In this document: piece after piece, positions 29,091-42,045 of the stretch
Layout of the letters: each line of letters starts with the position of its first letter
Numbering within the stretch: position 1 is the first letter of the stretch
Source of the DNA: Podarcis gaigeae
Taxonomy: Eukaryota
Assembly (NCBI GenBank): GCA_964106915.2
Contig: OZ066916.1
Strand: one strand, 5' to 3'
Length of the DNA: 64,000 nt
Translations under genes and position numbers: made by a program
The notes under the pieces: model-generated
Databases searched by the model: none
What the model was told of the DNA's origin: nothing
The model's input: only the letters and a program-made list of their open reading frames with translations

Positions 29091-29931
29091 TAACTTTAAC
29101 GGAGGGCAAAAGTCTTAGCACAACTCCTACCACAGACTGTGACAACTTTTCAGAAGTGATAATGTAAACCTATTTCTAAACCACCTTTTTGAACCCCAAT
29201 TTTCAAATGCCTGGGAACAAAATGTGATTCATTGGGGGTGAGGTTGGCAGGGCACATTCATGTCTTTGCTACATGGTTTTTACTTTATGAGGGCCAAATG
29301 ACCAGAAAACACAGTGACATGTGTTCTGGATATATACAAGGCTTGGTATAACTTGAGAGGTATCCAATGCTTAATACCGATCTAAAGTGGGTGCAGGTCT
29401 GAGCACACGGAGTGGTATTCAACACAGAAGAACACATAATCAAATTATTAGTTAAGCCTGCATATGGGCAAGCCTGCTGCACCCAGATGCAACCACATTC
29501 CTCTTGCTGCACTCTTTCCCTTGTGCAAATGGGGAAAGAAACCAAGAAGAAGGCCTCAGTTAACCATGGCTCCCTACTACATGCAAGCTAGAAACTGTGG
29601 TTAATGACTTTCAAAACTTGGCTTGTTTGGAATCCATTGTGCATAATTCCTGGCTTGTACGTAACAAGAAGCCATGGTTAACAGCAGCTCCCCACCCCCG
29701 ATCATGTGAAGGGAGGAGTGAAATGGGAGCAAAGGGTGCAAGGAGGTCATGCATATCCTTGCTTGTTAAGCCAGGATTCAAAAATAATGTGAATTAAGTC
29801 TCACTGTTTCCTGGGTTCTACATACTCCCCCCTATATACCAGTACTATGTGATATGTAGTCCAGCCCTCAAGCTAGTTTTTCAGCTGGGTTTTCAGTACA
29901 TTGTAACTTTTTATCTTCATTTCTTTTTAAG

Positions 29932-30022
29932 GACTGAATCTCACTACCATAATCGTTCCAGTAGTAGTGGTGCTTTTGCTGTTCCTGATATCTGGAATTG
30001 GTATCTATGCTGTTGTACGAAA
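29932..30022 (+). CDS. DCBLD1: DCBLD1 exon 12 (transmembrane helix IIVPVVVVLLLFLISGIGIYAVV)
   Basis: AAG acceptor, GTATGT donor, 91 nt; 23-residue hydrophobic run followed by basic residues. Confidence 0.93.
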
Positions 30023-31445
30023 GTATGTAACTCTCACTTCTCCCTCTTCAGAGTTGAAAAGCTTAAAAATTCTTGTGGTGGCATTTGGACACATAACAGC
30101 CTTTTCCTTAGCTGTTTAGTAGGTTAAAGAGTAACTGGCAGATTTACCAGCTAACAGGAATACACCTGATGATTGCCTTCGGTGGTTTTACAGCAGAAGA
30201 GGAAAAATGCTATGACCAAAACCTATGACTGTATTTGCATTATTAATACGAAGTCCCAAGCTTAATCACCGGCATTTCAAATTGTGCCGCCTGGGCTTCC
30301 TCAAGTCCCTTGCCAGCTCCTCATTGTGCTCCGGCTCGTCCAATGAGCTCTTCTCCCAGCTGATGTCCCCATGAATTGCAGGGAATGGGAAACGGTGGCT
30401 CTCTTCACGGAAGGAGTCTTCCAGCCTTTTAGAGACAAGCAAGCTAAAATAGGAAGTTCCATGAAAAACAGCAGAAAGATTTCCACAATGATTCATTCCT
30501 CACCTGAGGGCTTTTCTGATCGGGAAAGAGATGACCTATGCAAAAGGCTCGTGGGCGGTGCACTTTCTTCCTCTCTCTTTCTAACCAGTTGCAAAGTCCA
30601 TTCCCACCATTTTATAAATATAAAACAAGGAAGAACTACAAGACTGTCTTATAGTTGCACCCCAAAGGAAAGCAGTCCACTATTAGTAGTTCATTGCTTT
30701 AAGTGCTTAAATACAACCTGCAATTCATTTAAGCCTGCATTTCTAAACATCCTTACTTAGGAATGAAATTGTAGTATGGTTGGTCTTTGTAGTTGGCCAC
30801 CAGAAAAATAATGATTCGCTAGTAATTTTAGGCACAGTCAGTAGATTCCGATGGCACCTGTCAGGGGCATTACTGAGCAATTAGAAAGATTTGGAGCACA
30901 AGCCCATGAAACAAATATGCCTACGTTAATGCATATTTACATTATACAAATTTAGTCTGATTTTCAAAGGGAAAGGAATTTACTCTGGCTCTTGCCATCA
31001 TTCTATTTTATGTGGGTTGGTCTCTCTGCCCTACCTGGCAGGAATTTCTACTTATGTATATATGGAAACTGAAAGAATCTTTATCCAGTATCATATCTGT
31101 CTGTTTACCTGTCTGTCTCTCCCCCCCCCCCCCACACACACACCCTTGCCCAACTCATTCAGCAAATCAGGATGGTGAGTGGATGGGTCTCATCAGTATT
31201 CTGCTTTGCATTGTGCCTAGCTACCCTGTAAGCATTTTCTTAAGTTTTCAAAAGAGGCGGTAGATCCAGGGTTCAGCATAAAGACCCAGGTCTCCGTCTC
31301 CAAGGGACACCCAGTGCCTCTAGTAGCAAAGTTGGGGAAGATCAGTGCCTGAAAATCTAGCCTAGACAGTCAATAGGAGTTGACAGTCACTGGTTCAATG
31401 GAACTGACTGAAGCCAAGTGCTATTGTTGCTGTTCTTCATTATAG

Positions 31446-31495
31446 GAGAGGAAAGAAAGGAGGTGCTTATGGCTCATACGACACCGGGAAACCAG
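31446..31495 (+). CDS. DCBLD1: DCBLD1 exon 13 (KRGKKGGAYGSYDTGKP)
   Basis: TAG acceptor, CAG|GTGGGT donor, 50 nt bridging phase 2 to phase 1; basic stop-transfer segment. Confidence 0.88.
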
Positions 31496-32372
31496 GTGGG
31501 TGGTAAAAATCGTGGTTTTGTTCATCATCTGACAATAATGAGAAAGGGAAATGTTTATGTAGTTGTAACAATATCTTTGTGTGCAGTGGGACTAATTCCC
31601 CTTAAGGATCTTACACGCAAATAGCACAAGAACTTTTAATATATGTAATGGATGGGTGGAACTGGAGCAGGCATTGACAGCAGCCAGCGACAGTTTCCTG
31701 TGCTTAGTACTTCCTGATCCTTGGAATCACTGTGGCTTAATCTGGATGGCTTGGATCACGCATCCATTATCCATGTCAATCTCTACCAGGGGATAATTTA
31801 ATAGGAAAAGGGTTTTGTGGAACCATTTTCATTAAAAGTTTTGGCTCAGTGTTTTTTGATATCACACTCTTGTTCCGTTCTCCCTTGCGGGCCTGCTTCC
31901 ATGAGATGCTCACCAAGTCCAAATTTAGCTTTGCTTTGAAATTCAACAGTGCACTGCTGTTGAGATGCATTGTTGGGGAGGGAGATCCAAAAATGATCAG
32001 CAAAGCAGCTGATTTAAAATTAAGTGTGTTCATGACTCCAAGAGAGCGTCCAGATGACAAATTGCTGGGATCAGAGAGTCCCTTGTTGACCATACTAGAT
32101 GAGCTTCTGCTGATTTTTTCACACACACATGCACGGACACACGCACACGCACTGCAGCTCTCACCCCCAATATCTCCCTTCATTCAAGCTCTCAAGGGTG
32201 ACTTGTGAGGAACACAAGCAGCTGCAGGATGGAAGGGAAGATAGTTGTCAGGATTTAGCCCTATGTGCTCTGTATAGATAGACTGATCTCTGCTAGTGCA
32301 AGCTTCTTTTAACCCTAGGTCTATTACATGTCATCCTTTCCAACACAGTCTGAATCAAACTGACAGTTTTAA

Positions 32373-32585
<213 letters not shown>

Positions 32586-32661
32586 TGAAAACAATCCCTA
32601 TGTAGCACGTAAGAAACGTAAAGAACAGGCTTAGTTTGCCCATCCGTAAGGATTGGCAGAA

Positions 32662-32775
32662 TAGAACTTGTACCATTTTTAAATTTATTTATCATATTTC
32701 TGTTATTGCCCTGCCAGTTAGAACTTGTACCATTTTTTAATTTATTTTTCATATTTCTATTATTGCCCTGCCAGT
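32662..32775. repeat. 57-bp tandem duplication in DCBLD1 intron 14
   Basis: TAGAACTTGTACCATTTTT...GCCCTGCCAGT occurs twice head-to-tail with a few mismatches. Confidence 0.9.
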
Positions 32776-33842
32776 GTGTTCACATAAAACTGTTGGCATT
32801 CTTCTTCCAGATACCTGTAGAGTAATGGCTTTGGCATTCCAACATTCTTCCTCATCAGGTTACCCATGTGCGATATCAAAGACATTAAGAAGAGATTTCC
32901 CAGTCAGGCCCCTCTAGCCCAGCATCCCATTCTCACAGATGCCTTTGCAAAGCCTGCAAGCTTGACATGAGGATTTTGTCTGAATTTCTATTATTCCTAG
33001 CATTGGCTATCCAGAGGCATACTGCCCTAACAGTGGGGGCAGAACATAGCTATCATGACTAGTAGCTTTTTGGAGTTTAGCTGTAATTTGTGGTACCATC
33101 CTTTTAGATAGGATGGTGGATAAATTTGACAATTGTGTGCATGTTTTCTTGCTTAGTAACTCTAACATTATAGTGCACATTTTTTTCTTTCTGTTGCACA
33201 TGGCTCATGTAGCTTGTATAATCAATAGCTATTGCTCTACTAAGGATCTACTGTAGGAATCTGTTTTTGACCTTTGATAGACTGAAGACTGGGTTTGTCA
33301 GTAGAGCGAGAAGGATGGTTTGATCTTGTGGCGAGAAGGCAGGGGAAAAACAAATGGTCTCTAATAAAATTTGTGCATGGAGGCAGGAGTACTCCAAGGA
33401 AAATCTTACGATTCTTATAAATATTTATTGCTTGTTGCCATAGGCCATTGCAAATAATGAATTAAAAATGCCCATTGACACAAACATAAAACATGAGCCG
33501 GTATGCTTCTTATTTGTTCTTGTCTTGAACTTAAAATGCATATTTGAAGCATCCTGGAAATATGCTTAATTTTAGCTTATTCAAGTTAATTAATTGCCTT
33601 GACAGTCCACCCACATTTGATTCAAAGTACTTGCTTGAATTTTCTTTGCTGCAGTTGGGAAATAATATCCCTTGGTCAGACGACTCAGGGATAACAAAAA
33701 AAATATCTGTCTCCTGTAGGAACAATAACAGTTTCTTTCTGGGAGAAGGCAAATAATATAGCAGATTGCTCAGCACAAATTAAGGTGGCATCTAGTATTT
33801 GGTGTGATCTGAGATTCTGATGTGATTCTGTTTCCCATCTAG

Positions 33843-34357
33843 ATTATCAACAGCCTCTCATGATAGGAACTGGGACAGTAACCCGAAAGGGATCCACTTT
33901 CAGACCCATGGACACAGAGAATGAGAAAAAAGGTAGCGCCGAGACTGGGAACCATTACCACTGCCCACAGAGAGCAAATCGGCACGATTATGCACTGCCT
34001 TTGACCAACCATGAGCCTGAATACGCCACTCCTATTATAGAGCGACATGTAGGAAGAGAAAACGCTTTTCCTTCAGAGAGCTGCTATAACATTCCTACTG
34101 CTTCCGCTGCGCATAAATGTTCCCTTTCCACAGGCACTTTCACTGCCTTGTGCCAGACTGAAACGGGGAGTGAAGATTATCAAACACCACAAAGTCAGAA
34201 GGAGTATGACAAGCCAAAAATGAAAGCCTTGCCCACACTTGACTACAATACTGGCTATCAGAAGCCCCAAACCAGTTTATTGACAGATGAGGGCTATTCG
34301 ACACCCAGATACTGCCTAAAACCGGTAAATCAGACTGCAATGACAGCTCTTCTGTAA
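33843..34357 (+). CDS. DCBLD1: DCBLD1 exon 15, last coding exon (DYQQPLMIGTGTVTRKGSTFRPMD...NQTAMTALL*)
   Basis: CTAG acceptor, open frame to TAA at 34355-34357; YxxP-rich tail and C-terminal QTAMTALL typical of DCBLD1; total CDS 2133 nt = 710 aa. Confidence 0.96.
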
Positions 34358-34561
34358 CCTTAAGGACCAGTGGAAACTCACTGCCATAATGTTTAAAGCA
34401 CTGGATTAGATTTAGAGCAAAACAAAATTTGCTCTTGGCTGAGGAGTGAAAGCTGTTCGTTGCTGCCTTTGCGGTAGAGTCTTCAGGCAGTCAATTCTCT
34501 GCAGCTGCGATATTGGTGCTCCACTCTAACATTGTGCAATGTGTACATACATTTTTAATTT

Positions 34562-34567
34562 AATAAA
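34562..34567 (+). terminator. Candidate DCBLD1 polyadenylation signal AATAAA
   Basis: AATAAA about 205 nt after the stop, upstream TGTA, downstream GT/T-rich tract (CTGTTTTGTCCTGTGTGGGTTG). Confidence 0.65.
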
Positions 34568-35966
34568 AATAACTTAAACTTTAATCTGTTTTGTCCTGTG
34601 TGGGTTGGGGGCTGTCAGTGAGAAGAACTGGTCACTGCACTGATTTCTAGACAAGGTAGGACAGTGTCCTAACAAAACAGCACGGCGTCTGGGGTTGTTT
34701 TCCTGTTGGTAGTTGTGCTAACTAGTTCTGACATGTTACACAGAAGTGGGAGCTAATTAAATTTAAAAGCTAATTTCCTCGGGTCATATCCTATGCTGCA
34801 GAACCCCCTGCTTTGAACAGTTTTAACTGTGTGGATAAATCTGTACTTGTTCTGGGCAAAATAAGTTTTGAAAAAATGAGGGATGGTGCATGGTATTGTG
34901 ATGAGAAGTGATGCTAGTCAATTGCCACTGAGAAATAGTGGGGTCTTCTGTTTCATGGATTTAACTGTGCCTGTAAATGGTCCATTCTTTAGCCCCAGAT
35001 TAGGACAAGGGAAAATACCAAGACTAGAACACAGAGCTGAGTCTCTGCCATGGCCCTAAATATGCACCTCTTCTCCACCATAAATTGCTAATAGAAAAAC
35101 AGCGTAGTTGAGATCAGGCAGCCAGTAGGTTTCTAGAAGTAATTTTTCAAACTCACCTCTAGTTTCATAATAGCATCTTCTGAAAAATCAGTACATATAC
35201 TGCCCACTCTGCAGTAAGCCCCACCAAATACTGTGGATATTATAGTAGCACAACCTAAGCCTAGCAGTAGTAGTTTGCTTTGGGTCTGCCATCTCATTAA
35301 AAATGGGCTCTGCAAGTTGCATATGGAAATATTTTTTGCTAGTTTACTCGCAGATGCTTAGATATTTCGAATGCATTGTTCACAGGCTCCTTGTGGCAGC
35401 TTTGTGTTAAAAAATGTTTTTTGTGACTTTGTCTCAAGGGTTTCTTTAAAAAGGGGGGGCAGGAAAGATTAACTGGAATAGCTGTAAGGATCTCTGCTTG
35501 TTATACTGACTTTTCCATCTGGTTCTCACGACTTTCCCCAGGCCACCACCTACTCCCCAAGCCACCTACCTTTCTCTCTGTCCTTTTCCTGTGCTTTCGC
35601 CTGGCTGGAATGAGTCCTTCAGCTCTGATGATGTTTCATTCTTACTTAGATGGGGGGTGGAGAGATGTGTGGAGCCAACTGGGCAAAATTAAGAGTTCCA
35701 TCTGCTGCCTTGCCCCCTTTTTCCTCTGCCTCTGCCCACTACTGGTATGCGACCCATGGGAGGTTGCTTAGGACAGCAGGTAGCCCTCAGGTACCCCCAC
35801 CCCTGACCTGACCCCTTCCTGTCTTTCCTAGCTCTGTTGTCCAAGATTCTCTAGGGACCAGTTCATGCGTATATTTCCTACAAAGATGCACCCTGCCAAG
35901 TGTACAGCTGATGAAACAGACACTTGCATAATCTTCACACATTATGGCATTCCTAACAAACAAACA

Positions 35967-36168
35967 AAAAATATCCTTCCAGTGGCACCTTAGAGACCGA
36001 CTAAGTTTGTTATTTGTATGAGCTTTCGTGTGCATGCACACTTGCACACAAAAGCTCATACCAATAACCAACTTAGTTGGTCTCTAAGGTGCTACTGGAA
36101 GGATTTTTATTTTTATTTTGTTTTGACTATGGCAGACCAACACAGCTACCTACCTGTAACTAGAACTA
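35967..36168. mobile_element. Inverted (head-to-head) pair of the same Penelope-like repeat with truncated hammerhead cores
   Basis: 35967-36043 is the reverse complement, and 36043-36168 the forward copy, of the 62-kb element unit; the junction lies at the GTGTGCATGCACAC palindrome. Confidence 0.78.
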
Positions 36169-39100
36169 AGGTATTCCTATCCCTCTTGCATATTTTTCAT
36201 CCCCTACAGCAGTACACTTCTCAGCTAGGAGAAATACTCTGCTAGGGTGAAGCAGCCCCCTAACTGGATAGGTCAAGGATTGAATCTAGAACCTTGTACA
36301 TGAAAAGCATTTGCTTTTTCATATACATTGTGGCCCCTGCCTTCCCTCCTGTGCAGTCTAGGAACCGTGTTTTCTGGGAGCCAGGCTTTCAAATAAAATG
36401 TAATGCCAAAGCTTTCAGCTCTCTTGATAAGACGACTCCTTCTACTGAGTGCAAATCCTGGTATTGCAATAGCAGGGTGTCTGGTACAGCTGGCCTTGGC
36501 AGTGTCCTTGTCAAAGCAAAGCCAGGGAGGAAGATAAGAGAAGACTGCAGCCAAAAGGCCTTGGCTGAGAGCAGGCATTAGAGGTTGTGGTGAGACTCCT
36601 AACAATGTGTGGAGTTATTCGTATTAGTATCCGTATATATTTATTTATCCATCCCCCGCGTTCTTCCCTGACAGAGACTCAGGAATGTTATTATCAAAAC
36701 CCAGGAGTTTGTAAAAAGTTTCGATTTTTAACACCACCACCAAATGCTTCTAAATATTTCTAAATCTTCACTCCTTTAAAGCATTGCTCCATTGTTTTGC
36801 AAATAGGGAACGATAGCAGTTTGCTTTCCTCTTAAATGAATTCTGTATGTCTCTGGTTTCCACCAGAGGGCTCAGGCCATACAAAAGTTATTTGAAGGAC
36901 ATCTAGAAGACTGGACTACACCTCACAAATACATAACAATTATTATTTAGATTCATCCAGATTTGCTCATCCTTGTTTTGATTTTTAATTAATCTACCAC
37001 TATGTCTGTAAAGTGTTTAAGAGGAGCTTACAATATTATCTGGTCTTAAAATGTGTTGGTGTTTGACTCACACTTGAGAGTTCATGTAGCAACGAGGCAT
37101 TTGTGAGTATAATAGCACACATCGCTTTCCCCTCAGTCTTGGGGTGGAATCTGATCCAGGGCAGTAATGACCAAACATAATTAGCTGCAGAGGGTTTGTT
37201 TATTGATCTAAATGTAACGACCTGATGTTCACATTCCAGTTTTTATGGACAGGTCTCGGCGAAATGCAGCTGTACTCTGAAAAGGAACCTATAAAGAGCA
37301 GTGCTACACTTTACCATAGCTTCCACCCTCCTCCCTGCTGAGAGCAACAAGGGTAACTGGTTGCAAGTATGAAGACAGGCGAGGCTGGTGGCGCAGTGCC
37401 CATTCGCCCAAATGGACCTGCCACCACCACCAAACAGGCCTCTCAGTTGAAAACCAATGATAGCTAGCCACACCTCCTGAAGGCTCTACAAGGCCAAGTC
37501 ATGCGCATTTGCTTGCAAGCTCTGCAAGGACAAGAAAAGAAATCAGATAAGTTTATGAGTTGTGATGGGGTGGAGTGGAGATGCCAAAGTTTGGGATGCA
37601 GCCATGTCATCTACTGTTTTATAGCTTAGAATACTTTAGACACCACTCATTTTCCTATCCTGCTAAAGCTTGTGTTTTCTAACTTGAAACAAGATCTGCA
37701 GGACACCATCACATACAGAAGCTGCAGTGTATCTCATGCCTGCTGGCTCTTTCACAGAGGAATTATATATTCATATCTCTCAACTGCTCACTAACTGCAG
37801 AATGCACTGCATCTTTATAAAAGCATTTGCTCTCTAGCACCTTATCTGTGCTTGCAAGCAACGTAGGAGGCAACAGGATCATATCAGGGGTCTGGCTGAC
37901 TAGTGTGTGCTCTCTTCGCCAACAGTTTCCCAGATTGGTTTCCTCTGAGTTTGGGAACTGTCTTCCCAAGAGCCACGATTCATAAGCCTGCAGCAGCTTT
38001 TAAAAGTGACAACCCTTTGTCTTCAGAGAAATGGTGTGTGCTTGAAAGACGTGCAATATTCAAGCTTCCTGGTTTGTTTGGTTTTTTTTTAAAAAAAAGG
38101 GAAATAAGGTTTTGTGTGGGTGGGCAGCAACATCACACCACATCAGGCAGACTTTCAGATGCACTGTCCTAGAACTGTATAACTCCATGCAAAACCTTAC
38201 AGTGACAAAACTACGTAACCCTAAACCCTATCAACCCACAAACAGGATTGCATCAAAGACCAGTTAGTGGAGATACTAGTGCAGTCCAGGAACATTTCAA
38301 GAAACTCAGAAATGATTTTTGAATTATGATGCTGTAGACAGTGAGAGTCTCATTTTTCAGATGGCACAATAAGTGATAGCTGTGTAGAATCAGGCAACAT
38401 ATTAGAAAGATTGTGTATATCTCCTTGTTTTAGAATGCTGTTGGTTTTATTGGTCTTTTTTGGATAAAAATTTTGCACCATTTTATGTAAACCAATTAGG
38501 GATTTGTCATTTTCTATTAAGTGGTCTATATGTTTTGTTAGATGAAATCAATCAATATTTTGCCCACACAATTACTATGAGACGCGTGAAGGTTACGAAC
38601 AAATGTTTGCGCTCTCCATTCCTGCTGATAGCAGAAATGTAAGAAAGAAGACACCAGCAAATATCGTAAGCAGATCTTCTTTAAGACAGCTTTTCTCATT
38701 TATGGCTAAGCTGTTTATCCTTAAGTGACACCATCTGTTCTCATTGTCAGTTTTGTGAAGTGTGAATTGGCCAGCAAGAAGAAATACTGTAAACTCAATG
38801 TAGTGCACATGTAAATGCCATACTGAGCTGAGAAACAGGAAGTACGGAAATGAAAACTTGATAATTTTCATTTTATTGTAGACAATTAGTCTGCTTAATA
38901 CTCAGGTCTCCTGTCTGGCCATTCAGAAAGAGACAGAGATTTATGCACAGCAGTGCTAAATCCATCACATATTGCAAAGAACATTGAAAGTTTTATAAAT
39001 CTGTCACTATTACATTCATTGTAGTATGGCAAAGAATAGTAAATAACTATTTCAACCTTAAGTTACAACATAGTTAGACTGAATAATTTTGATTTATGGC

Positions 39101-39899
39101 AGTGCAGCTCTTACTTCAGTGGGACAAACAGTCAGTCACGAAGCTGTGGTATTTATTGAATTCAAAACCCTTCCTCCACACCAAAGCCCAGCAAGCAACA
39201 ACAAAAACTCTTTTCAATCAGCATTAAAGTGGTTATTGAACCACTTGCCTTCCATAGCTTATTTTGAAGCCCAAATGAGGTCACAGGAAAGCAGATAGGA
39301 TTGTCTCACGCCTGTTTTGATATATCCCAGAACCTGACACAGCTACGTATTCTTCCAAAGCAATCTCTAGCCTCGGATAACAAAGGAAGCAGATGCAGCA
39401 GCCAATGTTTTTACTGTATACCCCACTTCCACAGACAATACATCAGGATGCTACTGTAATCACTTAAAGGTGTAAGAACATAACAAGAAAAACTTGTTGG
39501 CAGCAAAATGCACCTTTCAATGACCTGTCTGACCAGTAAGGTTTTTAAGAGGTCTGAAAGAATTCTAGGAGCTGTGTTCCCCCCTCAAAGAACTACTGTT
39601 TCCAGCACCCAGAACAAACTACAGCTCCCAGGGATGTGTCTGTGGGGAACCATATGTTCCAAATGTATGGTACATACGCAGCCAGAGTTGTGTGTGTGTA
39701 CCTCAAGTACCTCCACCAGCAAATGGAGACTTCTCCTAATGCTCACCTCTGGTTTTTGGACCCTCATGTTGCATCAGTTATGAATGACATCATAACCAAT
39801 TATATATGCATTTGCATTTTTGTAGATTGTTACATTTTGCAACACAGGGGTTTGTGTTTGTTTGTATGTTAAAATCTGGCTGGGAGGTCCTGCTTAGCA

Positions 39900-40230
39900 A
39901 CCTGCTGCCAAGTGATATCTATTCTGCGGTGACTTCAGAGACGGTCTTCTCGGGACTGGCCCCCTCCTTATGGAATGCTCTCCCCTCTGAGCTCTGACTG
40001 GCACCTTCTCTTTTTGTCTTTCAGGGCCAGCTGAAAACATGGTGCTTCCCCCCCACCCACTCAGGTTTTTGTAGGATGCTAGCTGTCGTTACCAGGTAAT
40101 TTTAACGGGTTGCTGTAGTTATGTGCCTTATCTGTTCTTGTTTTATATTAAGATGGATGTTCTATTCAAATTGCATTAGCGTACCATGCCCTGGATCACT
40201 TGTGATGAAAGGCAGGATGAAAATATTTTA
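39900..40230 (+). mobile_element. L2-type LINE 3' end fragment
   Basis: FSGLAPSLWNALPSEL motif typical of the L2 ORF2 C-terminus followed by T-rich 3' tail; similar fragments at about 3690-3890, 13050-13160 and 61200-61400. Confidence 0.65.
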
Positions 40231-40818
40231 CATAAGCACTGTGAGAAGCTAAGACTGAGAAGTACTTTGGATCCCACTCAAGGACTTGACACACTTTGTC
40301 ATAGCGTTTTCCGAGAAGGAAATCTGAAGCGTTTGCTGCCACCTACTGACATTTTTAAAATATAGACACAGGCTTTACATTTCCTGGAATTCAAAGCTAC
40401 ATGAGAAATGGGAAAAGGTTAAAAACCAAAACCAGCATGCTAGATATATTTTGCTCTTCCTTCAAACAAGTTTTGTTTGCTGCTTAATGTCTCTTGCTTA
40501 ATTAGACCTGCTACTTTAAGGAGATTCAGGGCCTCATGAGGCTGAAGATCTGCTCTATTAAATCACCCCTTTTAGTACAAGCAGCTCAAGGCTCTTCATT
40601 TCCCCGGGTTATCCTCGCAACCATGTTGTGAGGTACGCAAATCTAAGCAACAATGATTGGCTCCAGGTCTCACCACAAGTTTTAAGGCAAATTTAATCCT
40701 GGGGTAGGAGTCACCTCACCACCCTTGTCAGCAAAGCCCAAGGATTTCCATTTGCATAAGGCGTCCCCACCCTCCTCCAAATTTGGCACTGGGGGTCTAG
40801 CAACCCCCCAGAACAGTA

Positions 40819-41052
40819 CAGTGGTACTTCTAGTTAAGAACTTAATTCGTTCTGGAGGTCCGTTCTTAACCTGAAACTGTTCTTAACCTGAAGCACCACT
40901 TTAGCTAATGGGGCCTCCTGCTTCCACTGCTTCGCGATTTCTGTTCTCATCCTGAAGCAAAGTTCTTAACCTGAGGTACTATTTCTGGGTTAGCAGAGTC
41001 TGTAACCTGAAGTGTCTGTAACCTGAAGCGTCTGTAACCTGAGGTACCACTG
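40819..41052. mobile_element. Tc1/mariner (Tigger-like) MITE
   Basis: TA TSDs, TIR CAGTGGTAC, internal repeated TAACCTGA motif. Confidence 0.85.
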
Positions 41053-41704
41053 TACATGGGGAATGTCTTTCTATCTGGAAAACTGGAATATTTGCACAGA
41101 TGAATGAATGGAAGTGTGTTGCACTGAATCCCATTCTTGGTCTCCCAGGCCTTAGGGCACTTAATATCCCTCCATCTAATTCCACATTCGGGGGGGGGGG
41201 GGAGATGTAGAAGTCGTGGAACGGGAATTATTATTTCCCATGGGGCTGCAAATGTATGGGGGTCCCTTGTTAGCACCTTTAAAACAAACCAACTTAGGCT
41301 TCAGTCTACTTACCAGAGAGCAATTCCCAGGGAAAAATCAGCGCAGCCTGTTGTAGTCCCCGGCTTGCCATTGTCCACTTTCTTTCAACTAGAGGCAGAC
41401 AGCCTGTTCCATAGATTTGGTGCTGAACAGGATTTTGTAAAACAATTCCTTTGCAGCTCTGGACATTTGTAAAAATTTAAAAGCCAAGTTTCTTTAAATT
41501 GCAATAGTTTACTATTAAAGCACATGTTTCACTGCATTTGTTTAAATAAATGTTTACTTGTTGAAAATGAAGATTAAAAATGCTCCTTCACAGGATTTTA
41601 AAAGTGCCTTTTGGAGTTCATTTTCCCCAATTAAAATTCATTTTAAAAAGGAATTCACCCCAAAGGGCGAAGTTCTTTTTCCTCAAGACTATATGGCCCA
41701 GGAA

Positions 41705-42045
41705 GGGACGCAGGTGGCGCTGTGGGTTAAAGCCTCAGCGCCTAGGACTTGCCGATCGAAAGGTTGGCGGTTCGAATCCCTGCGGCGGGGTGCGCTCCCA
41801 CTGCTCGGTCCCAGCGCCTGCCAACCTAGCAGTTCGAAAGCACCTCCGGGTGCAAGTAGATAAATAGGGACCGCTTACCAGCGGGAAGGTAAACGGCGTT
41901 TCCGTGTGCAGCTCTGGCTCGCTGGCCACGTGACCCGGAAGTGTCTCCGGACAGCGCTGGCCCCTGGCCTCTTAAGTGAGATGGGCGCACAACCCCAGAG
42001 TCTGTCAAGACTGGCCCGTACGGGCAGGGGTACCTTTACCTTTAC
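41705..42045 (+). mobile_element. Sauria SINE, near full length
   Basis: tRNA-like head with A/B-box-like GGTGGCGCTGTGG and GGTTCGAATCC, (ACCTTT)n tail, 13-bp TSD CTATATGGCCCAG (41689-41701, 42046-42058). Confidence 0.9.

Noticed and set aside
31776-32208. Antiparallel ORFs of 135 and 119 aa in intron 13
   Set aside because: No recognisable domain, includes a CA-repeat, no supporting splice context.
34343-34357. DCBLD1 C-terminus (MTALL) as a ligand for the neighbouring GOPC PDZ domain
   Set aside because: Position -2 is Ala, not Ser/Thr, so it does not fit the class I motif preferred by GOPC.
40840-41050. Regularly repeated TAACCTGA motif resembling a short array
   Set aside because: Internal subterminal repeats of a TA-flanked Tc1/mariner MITE; not CRISPR-like (eukaryotic, no constant repeat/spacer lengths).
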